Part shown: positions 1 to 7,400 of the stretch, in pieces
Layout: each line of letters begins with the position of its first letter
Numbering within the stretch: position 1 is the first letter of the stretch
Assembly: GCA_947652375.1 (NCBI GenBank)
Contig: CANTCS010000001.1
Location: 132,976-196,975 of the forward strand
From: an uncultured Mollicutes bacterium
GTDB lineage: Bacteria > Bacillota_I > Bacilli_A > RF39 > UBA660
Direction of reading: 5' to 3'
DNA: 64,000 bases
Notes under the pieces: generated by a model
Database searches by the model: none
Told to the model about the DNA's origin: nothing
What the model saw: only the letters and a program-made list of their open reading frames with translations
Program-made: the position numbers and the translations under genes

Positions 1-218
1 ACCATTTTTATAATAGATAATATAGTAACTATCATTTTATTTAAATTTGCTAATTTAATATGGAAAGTTAATCTAGCTTTCTTTATATACTATAGTTATT
101 TTATATCTATTACAATATGTATACTAATATTGTTTATTACTTTATACCTGATCCATAAAATTAAAAATACAAAAATATTAAGTCAATTATATACAAATTA
201 ATAGTATTTAACTTATAA

Positions 219-253
219 AAAACACGATGTTAGTTAATCGTGTTATTTTTTTG
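219..253. terminator. Rho-independent terminator, bidirectional (stem ACACGAT/ATCGTGT; A-run 5' and T-run 3')
   Basis: Read in sequence: aaaaaacacgatgttagttaatcgtgttattttttt. On the minus strand it follows the stop of the CAP-domain gene. Confidence 0.6.
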
Positions 254-357
254 TATCATTGTATACTCTTCCAATTAAATAATCAAATGAAATATTAGAA
301 CATTGAAATATAATTATTAAATTGTTATTAAAATTAGACAAAAAACAAATAAATTTG

Positions 358-1383
358 CTAATAATTCATCTTAAAAGAAGTTACAGCATACCACATTCCA
401 TTTACTTCATATACGCTTACCGCCATTGCAACATTCTGTTCTCTAAGCATTGTTGCATTATGAGATGGACTATTCTTCCAAGCCGTAATAAAATCAGAGC
501 CTATTCCACCATAACCAATATTTTCACCAAATCCATATCCTGCACCATCATGAGAATAATTTATTGATATCTCCTTAGATCTTCTATCAGCTTCTGATTG
601 AGTTTCAGAAGTATTTGGTAGTACAGACAAGCCATTTTCTTTTCTATATATATTTATCTGATTGGCAAAGGAATTAGAAATATCTTGACGATATTTAGGA
701 GAAGTAGCAGTGTTGTTATTAGTTATATTGTTAGATGGTTTAGATGATGGGGTTGTTGTCGATTTTGAATTATTTTTAGCTGGTTTCTTTTCTGAAACTT
801 TTGATTGCTCTTCTGTTTTCTTTTTAATTTTTAATATAAAATTCTTTGAAGTTATATTATTGTTTTCATCTTCAGCTACAACTTTTAATTTGTATTCTCC
901 AACTATTTTAAGATTATATTCTCCTTCTATTAAAACTTTTACTTTGGTTAAGTCTTTTGCTTCAAAATAAGTAGTTAAATCTAACTTATCTTCTGTTTCT
1001 TCAATTTCTATAGTATCTTTAAATGAAGAAAATTCTGGTGCAATAGTATCTTTTACTTTTATTACAAAATCAATTTTTTTCTTTTTGTAACTAATAGTTA
1101 TTTTATACTCACCTACTGGAACTAACTCTAATTCATCCATAACAAATAAATCATTATCCTTCTTTAATGATTCTGAAGATAGTTTATAATCTTTTATATT
1201 CTTAGTAGCATCAGTATCTTTTAAATAATTAGATACATCAGAACTAATTTTTTCTCCTAATTCATAAACGAATTCTTCTTTTTTTAATTCTATTTTATAT
1301 GTATTTTTATACACAATAAATAATCCTACTAAAAATATAATTAGTATTATAATAGGTATTACTATCTTTAAGATACGCTTCAT
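358..1383 (-). CDS. Secreted/membrane-anchored CAP (SCP/PR-1, YkwD-like) domain protein with N-terminal TM and Ig-like/Thr-Ser-Asn-rich linker
   Basis: 341-aa ORF. N-terminal hydrophobic segment. C-terminal motif GYGFGENIGYGG...AWKNSPSHNATML...VYEVNGMWYAVTSF, typical of CAP/YkwD domains. RBS GGAGGAG upstream. Confidence 0.7.
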   Translation of the reverse strand: MKRILKIVIPIIILIIFLVGLFIVYKNTYKIELKKEEFVYELGEKISSDVSNYLKDTDATKNIKDYKLSSESLKKDNDLFVMDELELVPVGEYKITISYKKKKIDFVIKVKDTIAPEFSSFKDTIEIEETEDKLDLTTYFEAKDLTKVKVLIEGEYNLKIVGEYKLKVVAEDENNNITSKNFILKIKKKTEEQSKVSEKKPAKNNSKSTTTPSSKPSNNITNNNTATSPKYRQDISNSFANQINIYRKENGLSVLPNTSETQSEADRRSKEISINYSHDGAGYGFGENIGYGGIGSDFITAWKNSPSHNATMLREQNVAMAVSVYEVNGMWYAVTSFKMNY

Positions 1384-1410
1384 AATTTACTCCTCCAAAC
1401 CTCTATGTCC

Positions 1411-1432
1411 TTGTGGTAATAAATTACCACAA
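1411..1432. repeat. Perfect palindrome TTGTGGTAAT-AA-ATTACCACAA. Its right half carries the putative attR core TTACCACAA (1424..1432)
   Basis: The 9-bp core is identical to the last codons plus stop of secA at 7405..7413. Flanks also match (about 15/19). See mobile element. Confidence 0.55.
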
Positions 1433-1445
1433 TATTTAATTCTAT

Positions 1446-1907
1446 TTAATCCAAGTAGAAATGATAAGTTCTTTCATAAATAAATTCCACTTGATTTGAA
1501 TAAACAGCTAAATAGAAATATGCTCTATTTTTATATCTTCTAATTGTTCTTTCTGATATTTCAAGTTTATCAGAAATTTCTCTATCCGTATAGCCGTATA
1601 AACATTTCATTCTTAGAAATTCTCTAATTGTTCTGTCTTCGTTTTGAATTCTAAAAATACTTCTTATATAATTTGCTATCTGATCTTCATTCCAAGATAA
1701 ACTTTTTAACAATCTATCAGATGACGCTGAACCTGTGGAAGCTCCAGAAAATACAACAATACTTGCTGAATTAAAGGTTTTAGTATTTAGTTGCCTTAAC
1801 CTTTTTTCAACTAAAGGTTGATATAATTCACAAATTTCCTTTCCTTTTATGACTGTTTTATCCATATCTATTTTTGATATAATTTCTTTATCAAAAATAT
1901 TAATCAT
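1446..1907 (-). CDS. ArpU-family phage transcriptional regulator (sigma-70 region-4-like HTH)
   Basis: 153 aa. C-terminal ...TIREFLRMKCLYGYTDREISDKLEISERTIRRYKNRA... resembles sigma region 4 / ArpU late-gene activators of Firmicute phages. Start overlaps stop of the upstream csp-like gene. Confidence 0.55.
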   Translation of the reverse strand: MINIFDKEIISKIDMDKTVIKGKEICELYQPLVEKRLRQLNTKTFNSASIVVFSGASTGSASSDRLLKSLSWNEDQIANYIRSIFRIQNEDRTIREFLRMKCLYGYTDREISDKLEISERTIRRYKNRAYFYLAVYSNQVEFIYERTYHFYLD

Positions 1908-2164
1908 TATTCAGAATCCATATTATCTTCTTCTGCATTGGATTCTTCTTCAGTTATTTTACGAACATTTATTGCTTTTTGTTTTTCTTCGTCATAATCA
2001 AAAATTACTGAATCATTCTCATCCAAAGTTTTAAATCCTTTCATTTGGATATCAGAAAAATGTACATATATATCATTTTCTATTTCACTACATGAGAGAA
2101 ATCCATATCCTTTCTCACTACTAAACCACTTAACATTACCTTTCATATTTACTTTTTCTTGCAT
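1907..2164 (-). CDS. Cold-shock-domain protein with acidic C-terminal tail (island cargo)
   Basis: MKGNVKWFSSEKGYGFL...DIYVHFSDIQ... CSD motifs, followed by a D/E-rich tail. RBS AAGGAGA 9 nt upstream of ATG at 2164. Confidence 0.75.
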   Translation of the reverse strand: MQEKVNMKGNVKWFSSEKGYGFLSCSEIENDIYVHFSDIQMKGFKTLDENDSVIFDYDEEKQKAINVRKITEEESNAEEDNMDSE

Positions 2165-2790
2165 ACTTTGCTTTCTCCTTTTCTATTCTTATTAACATCT
2201 GTACTACCTACTGCCAAATCATATAAACTATCAATTCTTTTTATTAAAAAATCAATAGCAAATACTAATAATGCAATAATTACTGCTAAATAGAAACTTC
2301 TCATTAAACTGCCTAACATCACAAAATTATAGGTTAATAGTGAACTTATTGGCAAAAATAATAATCCTTTAGCCATTATTGAAATAATCTTTTTTAAAGA
2401 GTATTTTCTTCTTCTACTAACATATAGAACTACAAACCACGACATAATAAAAGTTATAATGTAAGTATCAAAGACAAATTTTTTAAAAGCGTCTATATTC
2501 ACCAAAGCAACTCCCTCGTTGCAATACTTTAATCTGTTAAATAGATGAAATATAGTATTTGTAGATAAACATAAACAATATAGAATAAATACTAATAATA
2601 AAATATTCAATATTACTTTTAAAATTAATGATAACTTATGATAATTACGCATTCGCTTATTATTGCCTTCATTACACCAATAATTTTCTGAACTACTACT
2701 AAACAAATCTTTATAAAACTGCTTTACCTTTGCTTTAATATTTGTTCCTCCCTCTTTAAATCTCCAATGATACGGATAAAGCTTCATCAA
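2149..2790 (-). CDS. Hypothetical integral membrane protein (about 4 TM) with cytoplasmic N-terminus
   Basis: 213-aa ORF with several hydrophobic stretches. Overlaps the csp-like start by 16 nt and the MazF-like stop, so it is translationally coupled within an operon. Confidence 0.5.
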   Translation of the reverse strand: MMKLYPYHWRFKEGGTNIKAKVKQFYKDLFSSSSENYWCNEGNNKRMRNYHKLSLILKVILNILLLVFILYCLCLSTNTIFHLFNRLKYCNEGVALVNIDAFKKFVFDTYIITFIMSWFVVLYVSRRRKYSLKKIISIMAKGLLFLPISSLLTYNFVMLGSLMRSFYLAVIIALLVFAIDFLIKRIDSLYDLAVGSTDVNKNRKGESKVCKKK

Positions 2791-3079
2791 CTTTTTTCAT
2801 AGTTTTTTCATCTAATGTTTTAATGTAAGAAATTATTTGCTTCTTTGAAATAGTTAAAATACATTCACACAAAGCCATTTGATATGGTGTTATTACAACA
2901 TGTACAGGCATATTAGTCTTTTTAATTTTTGTTGTTAATGGTACAACAATTAGTGTTGGCGAAAAAGTATTACCCTGATTGTTTTGAACAATTAAACAAG
3001 GTCTTATTCCGTTTTGAACATGATCATAGGAATCATTTAATTCAGCTAAAAATATATCTCCTTTTTTAAAGTTTTTCAT
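2756..3079 (-). CDS. mazF: MazF/PemK-family mRNA interferase toxin
   Basis: GDIFLAELNDSYDHVQNGIRPCLIVQNNQGNTFSPTLIVVPLTTKIKKTNMPVHVVI matches the MazF/PemK fold signature. Likely start is MKNFKKGD at 3079 (the ORF extends to 3103). Confidence 0.75.
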   Translation of the reverse strand: MKNFKKGDIFLAELNDSYDHVQNGIRPCLIVQNNQGNTFSPTLIVVPLTTKIKKTNMPVHVVITPYQMALCECILTISKKQIISYIKTLDEKTMKKVDEALSVSLEI

Positions 3080-3339
3080 ATATAATAACTTTTGACCACA
3101 CATTCTACCTCTAAGATATAATAAGCATCTATTGGATATTTTACTCTTCGCTTATATCTATATTTATTTTCATATATTATTTTAAGAATACATGAATACC
3201 CTTCTTGTTCCAAAACTTCTATAATTTTTTCTCTACCGATTTTCTTGACTATATCTCTGCCACAACAACAATTGCCATATTTTCTTAAATGATGCAATAT
3301 CCAATCAGGGATTTTAATATTTTCTTTTGAAAACTTCAT
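3076..3339 (-). CDS. Small Cys/His-rich protein immediately upstream of and overlapping mazF. Putative non-canonical antitoxin
   Basis: 87 aa, HHLRKYGNCCCGR motif. No resemblance to MazE/PemI (AbrB or RHH). Position and overlap are typical of antitoxin-toxin pairs. Confidence 0.4.
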   Translation of the reverse strand: MKFSKENIKIPDWILHHLRKYGNCCCGRDIVKKIGREKIIEVLEQEGYSCILKIIYENKYRYKRRVKYPIDAYYILEVECVVKSYYI

Positions 3340-3560
3340 TTTGTTCCCCTCTCGAATCTTTTTAAACTATCCTTATTAAATCTAATTCAAATTGACTACC
3401 AACTTCAAAGAATTTTATTTCATCATCTCCATCAAATAAATAATAAACTTTGTTATTTATTACTTTAATGATAGTTAGAAAATACCCATGGTTATCAGAT
3501 AAGGTATTATATATTTTATACCTTTCCTTCTCTTTATAGTTTATTTAATCACCTCTTTTA

Positions 3561-3697
3561 GTTCATGATAGTAAACTTTTCTAATTAAAAAATAAAATAT
3601 ATTACTACATCTAAATGTGAAAAGTTTATAATACCTTTTCAAAGCACAATAACATCTACCACCTCCACTAAATCTAAAGTAGTTCACGATAGTAAAC
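3561..3697. repeat. Two direct copies of a 16-19 bp motif (TA)GTTCAYGATAGTAAAC(T) at 3561..3576 and 3682..3697
   Basis: Read directly. Related inverted copies occur at 4438..4453 and 4481..4496. Operator- or iteron-like. Confidence 0.6.
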
Positions 3698-3815
3698 TCT
3701 TTATACTAAAATAATAACCTTTTATTTAATAAAAGTCAATAACTTATTTTTATTTTTTATTTTTATAAACAAAACTGTATAGAATATCTATACAGTTCGT
3801 ACACACTTCAGTATT

Positions 3816-4118
3816 TTATGAATTTAATATTTTATCTAAAACATCTAAGGTTTTATCTAAGGATTCTTCATCTTCAACTGAAATTGTACTCACAGTACCA
3901 ATTATTTCTAATAGTCTTTCTAATTTTACTGCTGAAGAATTACAAAATAAAAGTTCTTTTTTCGTTTTATTGTAATCAGTTTCAATTTCCAAAATCTTTT
4001 TTACAACTTCTTCCATTACTTCATAAGGTATATCTTTCTTTTCTTCAAGATACTTTTCAATTTTTACTCCTAAAACTACTTCTACTTCTTTTACTGCATT
4101 TCTTTCTTCTTTAGTCAT
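3816..4118 (-). CDS. Hypothetical helical protein (island)
   Basis: The ORF runs to 4184 but the likely start is MTKEERNAV at 4118 (RBS AAGGAA about 10 nt upstream). It sits 3 nt after the stop of the upstream 64-aa ORF. Confidence 0.4.
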   Translation of the reverse strand: MTKEERNAVKEVEVVLGVKIEKYLEEKKDIPYEVMEEVVKKILEIETDYNKTKKELLFCNSSAVKLERLLEIIGTVSTISVEDEESLDKTLDVLDKILNS

Positions 4119-4120
4119 TT

Positions 4121-4315
4121 TTATTTTTCCTTTCCAATTGGTACTGCTTCTTGTGATGCCTTCTCCCTCAACTGCTTTAGACATACTTCCAAGATCTGAA
4201 TCACAGATTCATCATCCAATTGGCTTGTTGTACTTAGTTCTATATTTTTATTTGCAACTAAAATTTTGATACAACTCATCTGTTTTGAAGACTGCCCTTT
4301 ATTCAAAAATTTCAC
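4121..4315 (-). CDS. Hypothetical small protein (island)
   Basis: 64-aa ORF, first gene of a leftward operon divergent from the XRE-like gene. Confidence 0.3.
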   Translation of the reverse strand: MKFLNKGQSSKQMSCIKILVANKNIELSTTSQLDDESVIQILEVCLKQLREKASQEAVPIGKEK

Positions 4316-4437
4316 CTGCCTTTCTAATAGTCAGGATGAAAGTATCACCCATCTTACTATTTTCATTGCCTTACTCCTCCACTTCAAATATATAGTTTAA
4401 TACTATATAAAATATTTTATCATTTATTTCTTTTTGT

Positions 4438-4496
4438 GTCTACTATCGTGAACTTATTTTGGCTTTTATTGATTAATTAGGTTCACAATGGTAGAC
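4438..4496. promoter_or_regulatory. Inverted repeat GTCTACTATCGTGAAC (27 bp) GTTCACAATGGTAGAC in the divergent promoter region. Putative operator
   Basis: Read in sequence. The half-sites relate to the direct repeats at 3561/3682. Located between divergently transcribed genes (4315 minus, 4555 plus). Confidence 0.5.
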
Positions 4497-4554
4497 AATA
4501 TTATAAAAAAATAGTACAATGTTGATGATGTGATTATAACGAAAGGAGATAAAA

Positions 4555-4956
4555 ATGACTAAAGAAGAAGCCATCAGGTTTATAATTTCCGATTATTGTA
4601 AAATTCATAAAATTACGCCTACACAATTTGCAAGAGAAAGTGGGATTAGTAAAGCCTATATGAGTAAGATTATGAAAAAAAAGTATGGCAAAGTTGGTAT
4701 TTCCATGACTTATACTGAATTAATAGCTAAAGGAATGAAAATGAATATGATTGATTTTCAAAAATTAATTGAACAGTATAAGGAAAAAAATAATAGCACC
4801 AATTATAACCACGATACTGATATTCTTATAGCTCAAATTAATAATGAACTATATAATTTATCAAAAGAAGACTTAGAAGTAATACATAGTATTATAGTGA
4901 ATTCTGATTCTGGAAAATTAGATATTCTACATAATGTTTTGAAAAATATGAAATAA
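4555..4956 (+). CDS. XRE-family HTH transcriptional regulator (phage repressor/cro-like)
   Basis: ITPTQFARESGISKAYMSKIM helix-turn-helix. RBS GGAGA upstream of ATG 4555. Confidence 0.55.
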   Translation: MTKEEAIRFIISDYCKIHKITPTQFARESGISKAYMSKIMKKKYGKVGISMTYTELIAKGMKMNMIDFQKLIEQYKEKNNSTNYNHDTDILIAQINNELYNLSKEDLEVIHSIIVNSDSGKLDILHNVLKNMK

Positions 4957-4972
4957 CATATTTTTTTATTTT

Positions 4973-5836
4973 TTAATAATCTCTATCATAAAAGTCGTTT
5001 TCTTCTTCAAATTCAAGCTCCTTAAACCAACCAGTTTCTGGATCTATTTCCAATTTATCATTTATTCTTAATCTTTCAATGCAATTATTAATTGCTCCTT
5101 GAAAAAATCCAAACTTATTCTCTACTTTGTTACCATTTTCATCAATAAAATGTTTTGAAACTACTATTGGCACAATATAATGTGTCATTTTAACTAGATC
5201 CTTATATGAGTGTCCTTGCTGCAATAAATTTTCAAAATAATTGTCGTAATTGTATATATCAGTATCATATTCATCTATATAATTTTTTTCAATTAAATAA
5301 AGAGTTAAAGGATTTAATTCATCTAAATCGACGAATGGCAAATTTTCTTTAACTCTTTTAACTATTTGTTCTTTAATATTTTGTTTATTAGTATTTATTT
5401 GGGTATCCTTTTCGGCATCTCCTTCAACGGTATTCCCTTTTTGGGCATCTGGATTATCCTGTTGTTTTTCAACCTCTAATGGAATTTCACGAATAATATA
5501 TTCGTACTTATAATATCCTTTATCTCCTCTTGTTTGTTGTATTTCTAAATAGCCATGTTCTTTAAGTTCATTAAGTATAGTTCTTATGGCTTTAATATTT
5601 TCTTTACTAACTGCTACTAACCCTTTCATAGAGTAATCCCAATCTTCAGGCAAACTTAACATGAATGATAGTAGACCTTTTGCTTTATAAGAAAGATTTC
5701 TATCTTGCAAATGATAATTGCTCATAACTGTATAATTCTTTTGTTTTTTTATTTTAAATACTGCCATTACAATCACCCTTTCTTTTATTTTTAAACATTT
5801 AAAAAAGAACTGAATCTTGTCCAGTTCTATATTCAT
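4973..5836 (-). CDS. Replication initiator protein A N-terminal (RepA_N)-type winged-helix initiator
   Basis: FKIKKQKNYTVMSNYHLQDRNLSYKAKGLLSFMLSLPEDWDYSMKGL...ELKEHGYLEIQQTRGDKGYYKYEYII matches RepA_N of Firmicute plasmids, ICEs and phages. Confidence 0.6.
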   Translation of the reverse strand: MNIELDKIQFFFKCLKIKERVIVMAVFKIKKQKNYTVMSNYHLQDRNLSYKAKGLLSFMLSLPEDWDYSMKGLVAVSKENIKAIRTILNELKEHGYLEIQQTRGDKGYYKYEYIIREIPLEVEKQQDNPDAQKGNTVEGDAEKDTQINTNKQNIKEQIVKRVKENLPFVDLDELNPLTLYLIEKNYIDEYDTDIYNYDNYFENLLQQGHSYKDLVKMTHYIVPIVVSKHFIDENGNKVENKFGFFQGAINNCIERLRINDKLEIDPETGWFKELEFEEENDFYDRDY

Positions 5837-5852
5837 ATAATAACAGTTGTTA

Positions 5853-7166
5853 TCACGAAATTGATTCTGTAGGTTTCCTTGCTATAGCAATTTCTAAAGA
5901 GTCTGCATAATCTTCAAATTTACTAACTACTTCTTCTTCCATTTGAATTGTAACTCTTACATAAATGTTATAAGTTGTTTCAATCGTACTATGTCCTAAT
6001 CTTTTTGAAACAGCTTTTATATCTGCTCCTGCTTCAATTAGTCTAGTTGCATGTGTATCTCTAAAATCGTGAAATCTGCAAGGTATTCCTAACTCATAGT
6101 GAATTACTTTAAATGGATATTTACAAGTATTATTTCCCTCAAATGCTCCATTATTTTTTATAAATACTAAGTGTACTTCAGGTAAAGCAACATCAATTTC
6201 TGCAATACAATCAACTATTTTAGTTTCTGGTTTATTTGTATATGGATTTAAAACTTCTTTAGCATAATGTTTGATGTATGAATCTCCATATTGTTCTTTA
6301 TATATTTCTTGCTCTTCTTTAAATTCTTTTAAAGCAGCTGCTAATGTATCTCCAATATCAATTGTTCTGTAACTAGCTTTTGTTTTACACGGACCAAAAT
6401 ACCAAACAGTAGTCCTTTGCCCTTTTATAAGTCTGTGCTTTGTTCCACCCACTTGATTTTTTTCAACAATATTTTTATTTACTGTTAATTTCTTGTTTTC
6501 TAAATCAATGTCTTCCCATGTCAATCCAAATACTTCTGAAATTCTAAGCCCAGTATAATATGCCGTTAAAAAAGCATAATATATACAATGACTATTTTTA
6601 AATCTATTAAAAATCATTTCTATTTCTTCTGGTGTAAAAATATGAGCTGGATCTTCATCTGGACCATCATATCTTGGTAATCTTATTTTCAATGCTGGAT
6701 TATGCTTAATGAATCCGACACCATCTTCAGCATAAGCGAATGATGATTTTAAAACTTTCATTATACTTTTTAAAAAGTTTTTTGATACTCCTTTATTCAA
6801 AAATACATCTGTAAGAAAGTCATTTAATGTAGCTGTATCTATTTGCGATAACCTATAAAATCCTAGTTTTGGTTTAACATGATTTTTAATAATGCTTTTA
6901 TATGCCTCTATCGTATTATACCTTAGATTAATTTGACAATAGTTAGCCATCCAATAATCCAAAAAATCTGCATATGAACATGTATTAGGAGAAAATTTTT
7001 TACCTGTATTCATATATTCATTAAATGCTTTCATACCAGCAACATAAGCATCCTGCTTTGTCTTGAAACCTGACTTGTTAATAAACTTTCTAACTCCACC
7101 TTGTGGAGCTATTTCAAATCTATATTGATATAGATTTCCTCTTTTTGTTACATTCACTTTTCCCAT
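5853..7166 (-). CDS. int: Tyrosine-type site-specific recombinase / phage integrase
   Basis: C-terminal HDFRDTHATRLIEAGADIKAVSKRLGHSTIETTYNIYVRV (H-x-x-R...Y catalytic motifs). N-terminal arm-binding-like domain (GKVNVTKRGNLYQYRFE...). Confidence 0.85.
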   Translation of the reverse strand: MGKVNVTKRGNLYQYRFEIAPQGGVRKFINKSGFKTKQDAYVAGMKAFNEYMNTGKKFSPNTCSYADFLDYWMANYCQINLRYNTIEAYKSIIKNHVKPKLGFYRLSQIDTATLNDFLTDVFLNKGVSKNFLKSIMKVLKSSFAYAEDGVGFIKHNPALKIRLPRYDGPDEDPAHIFTPEEIEMIFNRFKNSHCIYYAFLTAYYTGLRISEVFGLTWEDIDLENKKLTVNKNIVEKNQVGGTKHRLIKGQRTTVWYFGPCKTKASYRTIDIGDTLAAALKEFKEEQEIYKEQYGDSYIKHYAKEVLNPYTNKPETKIVDCIAEIDVALPEVHLVFIKNNGAFEGNNTCKYPFKVIHYELGIPCRFHDFRDTHATRLIEAGADIKAVSKRLGHSTIETTYNIYVRVTIQMEEEVVSKFEDYADSLEIAIARKPTESIS

Positions 7167-7196
7167 AACTTCCTCCTCTAAATTTCTTTAGAGAAC

Positions 7197-7220
7197 GAAA
7201 AAATCAGCACGAATGCTGAT
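7197..7220 (-). terminator. Rho-independent terminator (stem ATCAGCA/TGCTGAT, then T-run on the minus strand) between secA and int
   Basis: cgaaaaaatcagcacgaatgctgat read in sequence. Would terminate secA read-through before int. Confidence 0.55.
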
Positions 7221-7274
7221 TATTGTGAATTTGTGTTCATTGAAAAATCCCTTGTTTTATAAGGCTTAGAGCAA

Positions 7275-7326
7275 TTGTGTGCATTAATTTTTTATTTTAC
7301 GCACACAAATTGCACACAAGTGTGCA
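7275..7326. promoter_or_regulatory. Clustered inverted repeats TTGTGTGC-N16-GCACACAA and TGCACAC-AA-GTGTGCA upstream of int
   Basis: Read directly. GC-containing palindromes in an otherwise AT-rich spacer inside the element near attL. Candidate int promoter operator or recombination-directionality / arm-type sites. Confidence 0.4.
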
Positions 7327-7400
7327 TTTTTAACTGTTTTTTGCCTATTTTTTTGACTTTTTTTACTACTGCACTACTTCACAAACCCTTATAAATTAAG

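Noticed and set aside
322-567. 81-aa plus-strand ORF
   Set aside because: Antisense to and overlapping the CAP-domain gene. Low-complexity, AT-driven spurious ORF.
710-970. 86-aa plus-strand ORF
   Set aside because: Lies entirely inside the CAP-domain gene on the opposite strand. Poly-L/F composition typical of antisense AT-rich frames.
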